Positions 1 through 13,334 are shown, counted from the stretch's first letter. The stretch: DNA of 64,000 nucleotides from Eledone cirrhosa (GCA_964016885.1 CAXHJY010000044.1:2918-66917); one strand, 5' to 3'. The notes: a model not told the origin generated them from the letters alone. Numbers and translations: made by a program.

Positions 1-84
1 CTCCCCCTCTCTCTCCCATCACTCCCTCTCTCTGGATTGTTTCTGCACTTCATTTCTCACTTTCCTGTAAATTCTCATTATTCG

Positions 85-86
<2 letters not shown>

Positions 87-161
<75 letters not shown>
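87..161. repeat. (CT)n microsatellite in a pyrimidine-rich tract
   Basis: Direct reading of the sequence. Confidence 0.95.
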
Positions 162-167
<6 letters not shown>

Positions 168-573
168 CCCCTCCATCTCCTCCTCTCTCTATCTCCCCCT
201 CCATCTCCTCCTCTCTCTCCACCCCCTCTCACTCACCTTCTGCACTTCATTTCCCACATTCCTGTAAATTCTCATTATTCGGACCCTCCCTTTATCTCTC
301 TCCCTCTCTCTCTCTTTTTTTCTCCATGTCTTTCCATCAATTCCTCTCATAATCTCAATGTTTCTTTCATTTTAGCAGATGTAATGTTACTTTTCCGTAA
401 GAATGATTGTTTCAATGTCATTCGTGCCAAAACCACATCAGTACAAGACTATATCTTAGACTTATGCTGCCAATACGATGATCAATTCTCAACTGTTCTT
501 ATTTTTTTCTTTTCAAATGAATTTTTCTGCTGCCATGTATTGAAATGTATAAATAAAAATTAGAAAAAACATT

Positions 574-616
574 CACACACGCACGCACACAGAGACACAG
601 AAACACACACACACAC

Positions 617-708
<92 letters not shown>
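574..708. repeat. (CA)n microsatellite
   Basis: Direct reading of the sequence. Confidence 0.95.
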
Positions 709-712
<4 letters not shown>

Positions 713-801
713 CTTGGACTACAACTGTCTTTTATGCACGATACCATTAATCATAGAAATAACCAAAAGACAAATTTCAATGGATTACATGTCTACATAC
801 A

Positions 802-838
<37 letters not shown>

Positions 839-934
839 ATATGTATATATATGTATATATGTATATATATATATGTATATATTTATATATATATATATGT
901 ATATATTTATATATATATATATATATATGTATAT

Positions 935-1275
935 ATTGGAATAAATGCTCTGAAATAGCGATATATATGTGAATATAGACATAGAATATTCGAAAATATT
1001 CTGTATGTTTATAATAAACATTTTGAAGACCTAATCGCTATAGAATAGAATACGTCACGTATTACAATTAGATTCTCGATAAAAGCAAGGGAAGTAATCT
1101 ACGCGTTTCATTCTTGTTAGAAATCATCAGGACTACATATCCAGTGCTTTTATCGAGAATGACACAGCTAGAGACTTATAGAATACTTAGCTGTGTACAG
1201 GAACTGGTTTGAAAGAGCGGTTGCCGGTCCGGCAGAAATTAGAAATTGGAATAAATGCTCTGAAATAGCGATATA
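935..1275 (-). mobile_element. PLE terminal-repeat (pLTR) fragment with HHR, inserted in (TA)n
   Basis: ATTGGAATAAATGCTCTGAAATAGCGATAT is directly repeated at about 935 and 1246; internal inverted repeat 1072-1087/1145-1160; HHR at 1094-1136. Confidence 0.6.
1094..1136 (-). ncRNA. Minimal type-I hammerhead ribozyme
   Basis: Minus strand reads GUAGUC-CUGAUGA-UUUC UAACAA GAAU-GAAAC GC GUA-GAUUAC. Stem I is GUAGUC/GAUUAC and stem III is the palindrome ACGCGU. Confidence 0.8.
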
Positions 1276-1735
1276 TATATGTATATATGTATATATATAT
1301 GTATATATATATGTATATATTTATGTATATATATGTATATATATATATGTATATATATGAATGTATATATGTATATATATGTATATATATATGTATATAT
1401 ATATATGTATATATATATATGTATATATGTATATATGTATATACGTGTATATATGTATATATGTATATATATATATATATGTATATATATATGTATATAT
1501 ATATATGTATATATGCATATATGTATATATGTATATATGTGTATATATGTATATATGTGTATATATATATATGTATATATGTATATATGTATATATGTAT
1601 ATATGTGTATATATATATGTATATATGTGTATATATATATGTATATGTGTATATATATGTATCTATGTATATATATATATATATGTATATATGTATATAT
1701 ATATATGTATATATGTATATATATATGTATATATG

Positions 1736-1822
<87 letters not shown>
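1271..1822. repeat. Compound (TA)n/(TATG)n microsatellite
   Basis: Direct reading; source of the YI/MY ORF artefacts. Confidence 0.95.
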
Positions 1823-1823
<1 letters not shown>

Positions 1824-2469
1824 ATATTAAGGATACTATTTATGGTTATGTATATATTAAACTTTCTATAGTTATGTATATTTTAAACCTTAAACAGTGA
1901 AGGTCAGTAATTTATTACTACCTTATTACCAGTAAGATAAATAGCTCAATGTAATAACATCAGTTATATAGAATTCACAAGAATCAAAGCTATGTTCAAA
2001 GCATTTATTCACTTACAATTGTTTCATCCAAACCTAGGCTTGAAGTCTTCCGAGCATTTTTCAATGTTTGCACATATAATTGACCCCCTTTCCGACGCAA
2101 GAGACATACAGATACATATATATATATATTGATGTACAGTGGAGTGACATAGATTACACTATACTATTTTTGTACAGCAATTCAAATTCAAGATCAAAAT
2201 CAAAATCAAAATTGAAATAAAAATCAAAATTAAAATATATTCGGCAGATAACACAGATAATGCAGGAGGATAGTTTGATAGTCAGATCTAGTAGGTAGTG
2301 TATGCGTTAGTTACACATGGAGCATGCAAGTGTGTCTCATTTTTATACGATTATTGTGTGGCAAGGTGTTACATGTAATGCAAGCACTTTAAGCGGGTAA
2401 GCAAGAGTATTATGGAGGGTGTAGTGGTAGGGTTTTTTATTTTTAGTATTTTTAGTATTTTTAGTATTT

Positions 2470-2731
2470 TTACCTCGGGGTAGAGGTGGGCCCTTGGTCC
2501 GGTGGTGGAAGTGTGGTCTCCGAGGCGGAGCTGCGTGGATCCCTCGATAAAATCCGCGCCATTGCCCTTAAGCCGAGGCAGAAACTAAGTCTGGTGCAGA
2601 ACGGGAAGCCGTCTCGGTGGCGTCTGGAACCCACCGGCCGACACTCTGCCCGGCGTGCATCGTGGGCGAGCTCGGCCAAGGCGTGTTCTCCACGGGGAAG
2701 ACGCCTCGTAACATCTCCATGGTGTGGATGT
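2470..2731 (+). mobile_element. GC-rich fragment of an RLE-type (NeSL/R2-like) non-LTR retrotransposon
   Basis: SLDKIRAIALKPRQKLSLV resembles the post-RT 'L..I..A.LKP.QKL' motif of R2/NeSL proteins. Confidence 0.45.
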
Positions 2732-2889
2732 ATTTCAATTTTGATTTTGGTTTTGATCTTGAATTTGAATTGCTGTACACAAATAGTATAGTGTAATATA
2801 TGTCACTCCACTGTACATCAATATATATATGTATCTGTATGTCTCTTGCGTCGGAAAGGAGGTCAATTATAGGTGCAAACATTGAAAAA

Positions 2890-2936
2890 TGCTCCGAAGA
2901 CACCAAGCCTAGGTTTGGATGAAACAATTGTAAGTG
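2890..2936 (+). ncRNA. Degenerate hammerhead ribozyme (core CCGAAGA)
   Basis: UGCU-CCGAAGA-CACCAAGCCUAGGUUUGGAU-GAAAC AAUU GUA-AGUG. The mirror copy at about 2009-2060 has core CGGAAGA. Confidence 0.55.
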
Positions 2937-2979
2937 AATAAATGCTTTGAACATAGCTTTGATTCTTGTGAATTCTCTC

Positions 2980-3413
2980 TATATATATATGTATATATAT
3001 ATATATGTTTATATATATATGTGTATATAAATATATATGTATATATATGTGTATATAAATATATATGTATATATATATATATAAATATGTATATATATAT
3101 ATAAATATGTATATATATATATATAAATATGTATATATATATATATAAATATGTATATATATATATATAAATATGTATATATATATATAAATATGTATAT
3201 ATATATATAAATATGTATATATATATATATAAATATGTATATATATATATATAAATATGTATATATATATATAAATATGTAAATATATATAAATATGTAT
3301 ATATATATATGTATATATATATAAATATGTATATATATATATGTATATATATATATAAATATGTATATATATATGTGTATATATATATACAAATATGTAT
3401 ATATATATATATG

Positions 3414-3462
<49 letters not shown>

Positions 3463-3525
3463 CACTCTCTCTCTTTATCTCTCTCCCTCTATATATATAT
3501 ATGTGTGTATATATGTATATATATT

Positions 3526-3615
<90 letters not shown>

Positions 3616-3659
3616 TTTATGAATGTATACACATACATACGCATAAATCACACACACAC

Positions 3660-3730
<71 letters not shown>

Positions 3731-3760
3731 TATAGACATATATGTATATATAAATGTATA
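2980..3760. repeat. Compound (TA)n/(CA)n/(GA)n microsatellite
   Basis: Direct reading. Confidence 0.9.
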
Positions 3761-4107
3761 TACAAATGCATGATTAAAGACAATAAAATTAAAATTATAT
3801 TCTTAATTAAACAGAAAAAGAAAAATAATGTTGTCAGGCTTGATGGGAAAAGGAAAATAAAAATAGCATGAGAGTTTCCATTGAAGTTACAAGATCAACT
3901 TCAAGTATTAAATGCGGTTCTTTCGAAGTACTTTGATCATCAACATGACAGGGAGCAGCATATAGCTGATTTATATGTAATCGTGCGTGGTTGCAAACAC
4001 ACACACACACACACACACACATGTATGTATGTATGTATGTATGTATGTATGTATGTATGTATGTATGTATGTATGTATGTATGTATGTATGTATGTATGT
4101 ATGTATA

Positions 4108-4515
4108 TGGGAGAGATGACCCCTTAGCCTTTGTCAAGGCAGAATTCTAGGAGAAGGAAAACTCTGATATAACACCTGCAACCCTGATGGTATCCAATGA
4201 TGTTGACTTGTTCTTCTTTTTGGTAAATATCATCTTGGTTAAGAGAGTGGGACTGGCTTTGTGCAGTGCCTTTGATCACTATAAAAGCTTCACGGCACAG
4301 GCATTGCTTTATATCTGGAGATCTCTCTGCACTTGTCACATGGTACCATTGGCCCAGCACTATGTGTCAATAATTGTCACAAGTGTAGTGTTTGTACCAG
4401 AGTTTTCATGTCGCAGGCTGGACTAAAAAGTCACACTCGTTCAGCACATCGGTAGGGGTTCTCCTACATGGATATAAAGTAGTGGCCGTACTTGAAAACG
4501 AGTTGGCAGCCACCA
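4108..4515 (+). mobile_element. Bipartite non-autonomous RTE derivative (RTE 5'UTR joined to a zinc-finger 3' end), copy 1
   Basis: Near-identical to 26227-26635 and 26899-27275 in opposite orientation. Contains CTAGGAGAAGGAAAACTCTGA and aligns with the RTE 5'UTR at 53346-53560. Confidence 0.75.
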
Positions 4516-4604
4516 TGTATATATATAAATATATATATATACAGTATGTATATATATATATGTATATATATATATGTATGTATATATATATATATACATA
4601 TATA

Positions 4605-5535
4605 TTTATTTACCTACGTTCGGAGGGTATGTGTATAAACACTTACTCACCGTACTGTATTATTGCACTATTGTGTTAGCTCAATGTACATAGACAGAGC
4701 TGTTATATGCAAAAGAAACCAAAGAACGCTTACATACTCAAACAGTCTTTATTCACTAACAATGTTTCATCCTCACCTTTAGTCAGGAATCATCAGAGTT
4801 CAACAAATAACTTAGTGACATGAACAATCAGAAAATATAATATGGGGGTTGGAGATAGCTAACAAAGGGGTTCATGTTTGGGTTACTAAGCATCACTGCA
4901 AAATACCAAGGTACAATTGGATTCAACAAGATGAAGACACAGTAGATGGCACTCAGAAATGTAGAATGTAAAATTAAATAGTGTGAAAGCATTAAAAAGT
5001 ACATAGTAAATACATAAAAATGCATAAAAATACATAAGAAATTCATAAAAAATACATAAAGATATGTAAAAATACATAAAGAAATACAGGCAAATGTTTT
5101 AACATTTGCCTGTATTTAATATAAATTATAAATTATAAATTATAAATTATATTAAAGTAATAAAAAAAAATAATAAAAAATAAAAAATAAAAATAAAGAT
5201 AAAAAATAATAATGGAGATAATATAATAAAATGAAATGAAGAAAAATAAAATAAAATAAAATAAAATAAAATAAAATCCATTAAAGAAAAGTAATTAAAT
5301 AAAAATATACTAAATTAAATAATAAGATAACATTAAATTAGAAGGATTAAAAATATTTAATAAATTGAGAAAAAGTTATATGTTATGAGTCCTTAGAGAA
5401 GCAAGTAATTACAAGCGCAGTTCCCAGCAACAGTGTTGAACAAATGAGCAACGATGGTTGCTAGACACTGTACGGCTTAATTCGGGATGTTTGTTTACAA
5501 ACACACCGAGCATTATAATAAATGTTCGGTGAATC
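4605..5535 (-). mobile_element. PLE 3' fragment (ORF end, AT-rich 3'UTR, pLTR with HHR)
   Basis: KHPELSRTVSS resembles a PLE endonuclease C-terminus; HHR at 4755-4799; ends in (TA)n. Confidence 0.55.
4755..4799 (-). ncRNA. Minimal hammerhead ribozyme candidate
   Basis: ACU-CUGAUGA-UUCCUGAC UAAAG GUGAGGAU-GAAAC AUU GUU-AGU. Stem I is only 3 bp. Confidence 0.6.
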
Positions 5536-5624
5536 CATACGTACATATATATATGTGTGCATGTATGTATATATATATACATACTACTGTACGTCTGTAT
5601 ACATATATGTATGTACGTATACAT

Positions 5625-5721
5625 ACTTATATATATATATATATATTTAATATATATATAAATATTTACTATATATAGATATATATATATATTTACTATA
5701 TATATATATATATATATTTAC

Positions 5722-5784
<63 letters not shown>

Positions 5785-5941
5785 TATATTTACTATGTAT
5801 ATATATATATTTACTATATATATATATATATATATTTACTATATATATATATATATATATATATTTATTATATCTATATATATATATATTTACTATATCT
5901 ATATATATATATTTACTATATATATATATATATACATTTAC

Positions 5942-5972
<31 letters not shown>

Positions 5973-6000
5973 TTATTTACTATACATATATATATGTATA
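5625..6000. repeat. (TA)n array with a periodic TTTAC interruption
   Basis: Direct reading. Confidence 0.9.
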
Positions 6001-6164
6001 TGGTATTAGTATTGGTGCTCTGCAATAACGATGTGTACATGAATGTATGTATAGTATATTTGACAATATACCGTATGTTTAATTAAACACATTTAGAAGA
6101 CCATTCGCTATTAATTTTAAAGTAGTGACTATGTCACTTACTTATATCTTCGGCAAAGGCAGGT

Positions 6165-6960
6165 GATTGTGGTGTCCTGCCCAAAGCAGTAAACTGTGCA
6201 AATTGCAATTTTGGATTCTGTGTGTATGGAAATTATGAAAATTCATGGCGTTGTAGAAAAAGTAATTTTGCCCCTAAATCGAAAAAAAAAAAGGACGGTA
6301 TTTTAACTATTTTCTATTCGATTCAAAAGGTTCCTTAATAGACAAGGCGCATATTTCTTCGTGGAAAATCATTATTTTCATCAACCATTTTAAGATATTT
6401 ATGAGACCATAGAACTATGTTGGAATATTTTAAAATGTCTCGAAATCCAACTGTTGAGTGGTGGCCATTCTTTAGTGAAGTTACTGACATATGGCTCTGT
6501 AATAAGAAACCGATTGGCAGGGAATGTGTTGAGCTGGAGATTGATGAAACCTTCGCTGTAAATATGAGAGAGGTTGGGTTTTGAACCAAATTTAATTGTT
6601 CGGTGGAATAGAACGAATGCGTATATCTCGCTTTACGTTGAATTTAGATGATGAAGCCAAACTTCTTTCTCGCGTCAAGAAACGTATTCATACTCGATTA
6701 TTTATAGTGATTTCTTGACTACCTACAAAAATCTAAAGAGTTTGGGCTACAAGTATTTTCTTATTAACCATTCTGAATATTGTTTACCTAAAATTTAATA
6801 TAAATATACACACACAATATTGAAAGGTTTTGGAGATATTTGAAAGTGTCGGTACAAAAATCGGGTACTTTGAGCAGTATCTGGCCAACTTCCAATGAAA
6901 ATAAAGACAATTTGTTACACAAATTATTTACTGAGGCAGCCAATCAATACCCTCCTCTTT
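6165..6960 (+). pseudogene. Frameshifted Merlin / IS1595 (ISXO2-like) DDE transposase
   Basis: Motifs occur in the expected order across frames: CANC...WRCRK, ELEIDETF, KYERG, LFGGIER, IYSDF, INHSE, NIERFWRYLK. Confidence 0.8.
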
Positions 6961-7197
6961 CAGATCGTTAGCAACTGGGAAGATTCAGAATCTGAGGAAG
7001 AAAGTCCGATAACTTCATAATGTATTTTCTATTTTTCAATTCCAACATTCCCTTAATTTTCTCCCGTCTTCCCCCCGCCCAACCATCCGTAATTTGTCGA
7101 GAGATACGATTAACTAATATCCGAATTATTATACCCGTCTACCTACTCAATAATTAATGAGTAGAAAACTACAAATAGTATATATGGATATCTCTTA

Positions 7198-7415
7198 CGG
7201 CGGTGGATTGGCAGTATCTGTTGAGCGTCGGACCACACGCTAGATGACGTACGTCCCCTTATGATCCGAGTTCAAATCGTGCCGTGGTTAGCTTTGTCTT
7301 TCATCCTTACGAGGTCGATAAAATAAAGTAACAGTAATGCACGGGTTGATTTAATTGACTTTCTCCACCCACAAAATCGAAATTGTTAGCTTTGTGCTTA
7401 AATCAGAAACCAATA
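7198..7415 (+). mobile_element. tRNA-derived SINE with a Nin/Deu-like core
   Basis: GGCGGTGGATTGGCAG head, B-box GAGTTCAAATC, core TTTCATCCTTACGAGGTCGATAAAATAAAGTA; many copies in this window. Confidence 0.8.
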
Positions 7416-7834
7416 TATTTGGCCATCTCAATGCTAGATGGGAATAGCATGCTATTTCTAGCGTCACTACGATCCTGATCCTTGTCTTGATATTCACACA
7501 TTCATTTAGTAGTAAAATGATGCACATTTTATTCAACGCACCGTGGTGTTTAAAGACGACACACTTCGTATATCATCACTGGAATGTTTTTCTATATCTA
7601 AAGAATCCCACCAATAAAGAGGTTTCTTCCAATATTGATTGTTGAAATTTATTGGCATAAATAATATTGTTTCTTAATTCCAGAAGAAGATACGAGCGAA
7701 AACTTCTAATATTAGTTTGTCTAGATTGTATTCCCCGATGGGATGTTTGGAAATTAGATAAAATATGTTTTAAATGCTTCTCTGACTTTTTTTTCATTGC
7801 TATCCAAATATATTAGAGACAAATAACTTTCTGC

Positions 7835-7910
<76 letters not shown>

Positions 7911-7959
7911 GCGCATACACACACAACACACACACATACATATATACATATGACATAAC

Positions 7960-8177
7960 ATACAAAAACAAGATGGTGTAGGACAGAAAAAATGAGAGGC
8001 ACAAAATAAAAACTCAGTCGCTGAGGAGGTCACAGAATGTGTGACGAAAGAGCTTTGACAATATATAAACAACCATCCGGTTTTCGAACCAACCAACCAA
8101 CTGGTAATTTATAATAAATTGAACTGAAAACCAACAGGTTTGTGTGTTTTTATTGGCAGCATGATCCTCCCAAAGTA
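7960..8177 (+). mobile_element. PLE pLTR family 'Y' copy
   Basis: Homologous to 13606-13858, 11404-11560, 26050-26208 and 58901-59480; contains an HHR. Confidence 0.7.
8017..8059 (+). ncRNA. Hammerhead ribozyme (family Y)
   Basis: GUCG-CUGAGGA-G-GUCACA GAAUG UGUGAC-GAAA GAG CUU-UGAC. Confidence 0.7.
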
Positions 8178-8271
8178 TGAAAATATATATAGATATATAT
8201 GACAATATATATAAATATATATTCGGATCTAGCTGTCGAAACGACCGGAGCTCGGCCATAGGGGTCCTGAC

Positions 8272-8274
<3 letters not shown>

Positions 8275-8359
<85 letters not shown>

Positions 8360-8415
8360 GTGTGTGTGTGTGTGTGTATGTGTGTGTGTGTGTGTGCGTG
8401 TGTGCGTGTGTGTGT
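8275..8415. repeat. (TG)n microsatellite
   Basis: Direct reading. Confidence 0.95.
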
Positions 8416-8504
8416 ATGTAAAAGATAAACATAGATAACAACAACATCGGTAGAGTATATGAAAGGAATATGTTAGGTTAGCGCTTGAAATAGCAGGAAG
8501 CGGG

Positions 8505-8540
8505 TCTTAACGTTTCGGACGCTAGTGCTTCATCAGAAGA
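8505..8540 (-). ncRNA. Minimal hammerhead ribozyme in an inverted 5' pLTR
   Basis: UCUU-CUGAUGA-AGCACUAGCGUCC-GAAAC GUU-AAGA. It lies antisense and just upstream of a PLE RT. Confidence 0.7.
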
Positions 8541-8639
8541 AAGAATGAGAAATTAGAAATATTGCAGGGACGGGCGGGGCAGAATCGGAAACAATGTTTT
8601 TAGAGAAAAATAACAGGTCCATTCATGTTGTCATCTCTT

Positions 8640-9650
8640 GGAAAACTGTTGATGTTGGCGTTTAATGTAGACTCTTTAACTCTTTCTCCTCCCCTCCTGA
8701 CCCCTCTCACCTTCTCTTCCCCCTGGACATCACCTCTCTCTATACCGTGATCCCTCATAATGACGGCGTCCGTGCTCTCCGACACTTATTGAACTTACGT
8801 CCTACCCTTTACTCCAGCACTACCACTCTTCTACGTCTGGCTGAGCTTGTTTTGACCCTCAATGCGTTTTCCTTTTCCAGTGAGTTCTATCAGCATGTCT
8901 CTGGGGGTATCGATGGGAACCAGAATGAACCCAAACTATGCCAACTTGTTTGTTGGCTACGTCGAAACCCAGATCTTATCCCAGATCTTACGCTAGACCT
9001 ACTCCTGAGCTATACGGTCGTTATATCGACGTATGTATCAGCGCCACCTCTCTATCACGAGAATAGCTCGACTGTTTCTATCTTTTGTTCAATCTTTTCA
9101 TCCCGCTCTCACCTTCATTACATCCAACCCCGATTCTTCTGTCCCCTTTCTTGATATCTCTCTCTCTATCGATCACACTCATCACACTCTCTCTACTTTC
9201 ATCTTCTATAAACATACTGACTCCCACTCTTACCTCCATTTCATCTCCTCCCATCCAACCCACACCAAACCTCCATACAATACTACCAATTCCTCCGTCT
9301 CCGTCGGCTCTGTAGCCAGGACCACGATTTCGAAACCCATTCCCTTTACATGGCCTCCCGCTTCATCCAGCGTGGATATCCCCCCAACTCCGATCCAAGC
9401 TGCTCTCCTCCGCGCCCGTGAAACCGACCGTATCAGCGCCCTCCCAACACCCACCTTCCTTTCACTCTCACCTATCATCCCATCATCCTACCTCTCCGAC
9501 GACATATTTCACCATTCTTTCCGCACCCTCTCTTCTGACCCCGCCACCTCTCGCTTTTTTCCTAACCAACCTATCACCATTTTTAAGCGCACCAGTAATC
9601 TCCGCCACCTCCTGGTACGCAGTTCCTTCTCGTCCTCTCCTACGCATCCA
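8640..9650 (+). pseudogene. Penelope-like reverse transcriptase fragment (frameshifted)
   Basis: LFSLDITSLYTVIPHNDG, GVSMGTRMNPNYANLFVG, YGRYID, PFLDISL and YKHTDSHSYLHFISSHP are PLE RT/thumb motifs. Confidence 0.85.
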
Positions 9651-9684
9651 CTCGGCTCTCATCCAGGGACCTCAGTCCTATCAT

Positions 9685-9824
9685 CTCATTTCTACAGGTG
9701 AGTAAACTGGGGCAATGTGAAATAAAGTGTCTTGATCAAGGAAACAACATATCACCCGGTCTGAGAATTGAACTCACAACCTTTCGATTGCAAGCCCAAT
9801 GCTCTAACCACTAAGCCATACGCC
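9685..9824 (-). mobile_element. tRNA-derived SINE (second family, V/Meta-like core)
   Basis: Minus strand has A-box TGGCTTAGTGG, B-box GAGTTCAATTC and core GTTGTTTCCTTGATCAAGACACTT. Confidence 0.75.
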
Positions 9825-9926
<102 letters not shown>

Positions 9927-10084
9927 GATGGTGGCGGGTGGGATGAAGAGAAAACACAAACTGAATACTTCTAAATTGTTAGCAGCAGCAAGGTATAAGC
10001 TGACCACTACAACAACAACAGTACCAAAATAATGGTGGAGGTCAAATGTACTGAACAATAGCAGGCATAAACACCACAGGGAGC

Positions 10085-10519
10085 CTCACCCCAGAAAGAA
10101 TTCTATAGACTTCTGACTGAGGAATGCTCTCAGAACTGAACAATGGGAAGTTTGACACATTTTTTGATATTTTGTTCCTTCAACACCTTGTCCCTTCTAC
10201 CATTTTATCAATTTTTAAGCTAACTCCAACAATGACAACACTAATAACTGACCAATGAGAGGAGAAGGGGACCTGTGACACGAAAATTCGTTTGTTTGAA
10301 TTCATATGACTCCAGTTCCCCAGTGAATTAACAACCCAGCAAGGAACTGGGCATATCAGAGTATTGACAATATCATACACCTAAACAACATATGTACTTG
10401 TCTATACCATACTAATTCAAACTGCCTGAAGAGGTCACAGCCAAAGATGGCTGTCACTGAAATATATATAGCAGTAATAAACGAAGCTAAATTTTAATCA
10501 TTTGACTTTTATTTAACTT

Positions 10520-10525
<6 letters not shown>
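10085..10525 (+). mobile_element. PLE pLTR family copy (same family as 27279-27740)
   Basis: About 440-nt near-identical repeat that ends in (TA)n and contains an HHR. Confidence 0.75.
10421..10475 (+). ncRNA. Type-I hammerhead ribozyme
   Basis: ACUGC-CUGAAGA-GGUCACAGCCA AAGA UGGCUGUCACU-GAAA UAUAU AUA-GCAGU; perfect 5-bp stem I. Confidence 0.8.
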
Positions 10526-10574
<49 letters not shown>

Positions 10575-11062
10575 GGTCAGTACAACAACGACGCCATACC
10601 AGGTACGTACGTTTCGGTATTCATTGACGACCAACTTGTTCAATCTGTGCCGATGAAAAAGGACCGGAAAGTGTTTACTTATAGGGACGAAAAAAGAAAG
10701 ACAGGAAAATCATAATCCTGATAGTATAAGGGAGGTAATTTGGCCTAGAAAATTTTTATGCCGAGCAAAAGCTAAAATGATCGTTAAAAATTATGACTAA
10801 AAATTATAGTGCGGGGACTAGAAATAAATCGATAGGTTAAGAAAACATCGATCGGTTAATGAGGAAGTAGATCGATATTAAGGAGGCCATTTCTTCAAAA
10901 GGTACACACATGAGAGCATCTCGAAAAGAACTCGGTACGTGTTTTAAGTGGATTGTTATTGTTGTGTCGATTATTCAATATCCACCAGTTTTCATCATTA
11001 CATAATTTACATGCCTTCAGCTCATTTAAGACATTGCTCTACACCTTGGATTTTTATTTACA

Positions 11063-11063
11063 A

Positions 11064-11130
<67 letters not shown>
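11063..11130. repeat. (TAC)n microsatellite
   Basis: Direct reading. Confidence 0.95.
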
Positions 11131-11356
11131 ATATATACATACATATATATATATCAAGTAAAATAACGGAGCAAAGGACTCGCGTATAATCCTGTAATTA
11201 AATGAGCTCAAAGGAAAGAGTTTTCCTGGGCACTTTAAAATCCAATATATAGAGGAGTGTGGTAAGAAACCAGGTGGACCATAACGCCCCAGAATACTCG
11301 GTACTTAGGGTAGTAGAGTTGGTATTAGGGAAAGCCGTCGGGGTCCTGATTCTTTT

Positions 11357-11403
<47 letters not shown>

Positions 11404-11405
<2 letters not shown>

Positions 11406-11560
11406 TGTTATACTTTGGGAGGGTCATGTTGCCAATAAAAAGCACACACGCACCTGTTGGTTTACATTTCTATTTATTACAAATTTCCGTGAATGGGCTT
11501 TTATTTTGTGTCTCTCCTATGTTCTGTCCTACACCACCTTGTGTTTGTGTGTTGCGTCAA
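11404..11560 (-). mobile_element. PLE pLTR family Y copy (internally deleted)
   Basis: TATTGTTATACTTTGGGAGGGTCATGTTGCCAAT terminus shared with 26050 and 58901. Confidence 0.7.
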
Positions 11561-11865
11561 AAGAATTCCTGCAAAACAAATTCAAAAACGAAGTACACGC
11601 CCCCCCCCCCCCCCCAAAAAAAAATCCAATAATGTACACCATTTTACCAGGGGGAAAAAAATACTGGTTCACCCACACACACACACACACACACATATAT
11701 ACACAAACACATACACACGCGTACATCAACATACAAAGAGACTTATACACACACACACACACGCACTTCTCCGTATAAGACAAAAGCTGAAAAATATCTT
11801 TTGACATGCTAAAATACCCCCCATTGCTTTCAGACACATTCTTACTGACCATCGAATTACTCTTC

Positions 11866-11958
<93 letters not shown>

Positions 11959-12009
11959 GCGCATACACACACACACAGACATATTTGTTGTGAAAGAGTC
12001 ATTTCTCAA

Positions 12010-12235
12010 TCTTGGCGCAAAACCAATTTTTTATCCACATGACCTCTACCGACCAATCAAAATTGTTTTGACCAAGAATTTTTGCTGGAGCCACTTTTTT
12101 AACATAAAAACACTCTTGGCGCAAAATCAACTTTTTACATTCACATGACCTCTACCGACCAATCAAAATTGTTTTGACCACAAGCATTTTTGTAACACAA
12201 AAATAACGCTGGAGCCACTTTTTTAACATAAAAAC
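12010..12235. repeat. Two-unit tandem duplication of about 105-120 nt
   Basis: TCTTGGCGCAAAA...CACATGACCTCTACCGACCAATCAAAATTGTTTTGACCA...GCTGGAGCCACTTTTTTAACATAAAAACA occurs twice. Confidence 0.85.
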
Positions 12236-12445
12236 AGGTAGAATTCCCAAAACTAATCAGATCAGAGCAAACAGCACGGACACTCTATCTCAAAATTATT
12301 TTTGAAAAGCATTTAGAAATGCGCAACCGGTAAAAACTTAAAACCACAACTGAATACTAACCCATACAATCACTAATACTCTTTTATTCCTAATTAAACC
12401 ACTTTTCAACTGTGAACAATTTGTCAGCATTTTCTATTCCGTTTA

Positions 12446-12500
<55 letters not shown>

Positions 12501-13334
12501 CTACACACACAATGATTTCATTTTCGCCAATAACACCTGAAAGCAGCACGAACTACCATCAATACCACCATGACAACCACAACAACAAGCAGCACCCTCA
12601 TACCCACTCATCATCTTCACTACTAAAACTACATTCACCGACGTCCGCACCATTTGTTAAGAGCGGAAATATAGAAACCAACGAGTTTTTCACCTTATTA
12701 GTGACCAGAAAGTAATTTTCCACACATTCAGCCTTTATTGACAGAAGAACAAATCTCTACAATGGAACAATAACAGCAACAACAACAACATCATCAGCAA
12801 CAAAAAAGCAAAACAAAAACAAAGCAACAGCAAAAACAACACATCACAAGTTCTCCACAACAAAACAACAATAACAGTAACATAAACTTAAAAAATAAAA
12901 ATTTCCAATGAAGTTATGAAACATTTCATAGCTTATAGGAATTTGAATAAGAGGAATGGCCTCAAAAGAAAAGCTAATACAGAAGCAATATAAAAGTAGC
13001 AGGCGGGGGATAATATCTAACAAAAAAACTATGTAAGAATGCAGAACCCCAAAGAGAAATATTTTTGGGCCTTTGATTTTTAATTATTTTCTAATTAAAA
13101 TTATTGTTCATTTTCTTTTTTGTTAGAACTAAAATACATGAAAAAAAAACCCAAAAAACAAAAAAACAGAAAAAACGAACACAAAAAAAAATGAGTCGAA
13201 AATACATTCATGAATGATGAGTGAATGGTTGAATTATATAGTTTTCTATTGTATTGAGTTGCTTCACATACAGGCATACATGTACATAAGCACACACACA
13301 CAGCTATATATCGCGTACATAAGCATATACAAGA

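Larger units (their letters stand above)
1823..2976 (-). mobile_element. PLE-type fold-back element (arms about 1971-2200 and 2732-2976; tail 1823-1970)
   Basis: The arms are about 230-nt reverse complements, each with a degenerate HHR, and the element is flanked by (TA)n. Confidence 0.7.

Noticed and set aside
376-560. Polypyrimidine tract plus AG followed by a short open frame
   Set aside because: No recognisable protein; cannot be supported without transcript data.
5625-6000. Periodic repeat units as a CRISPR-like array
   Set aside because: The spacers are only (TA)n, there are no cas genes, and the context is eukaryotic.
9750-9824. tRNA gene
   Set aside because: A and B boxes are present but run into a SINE core; no complete cloverleaf.
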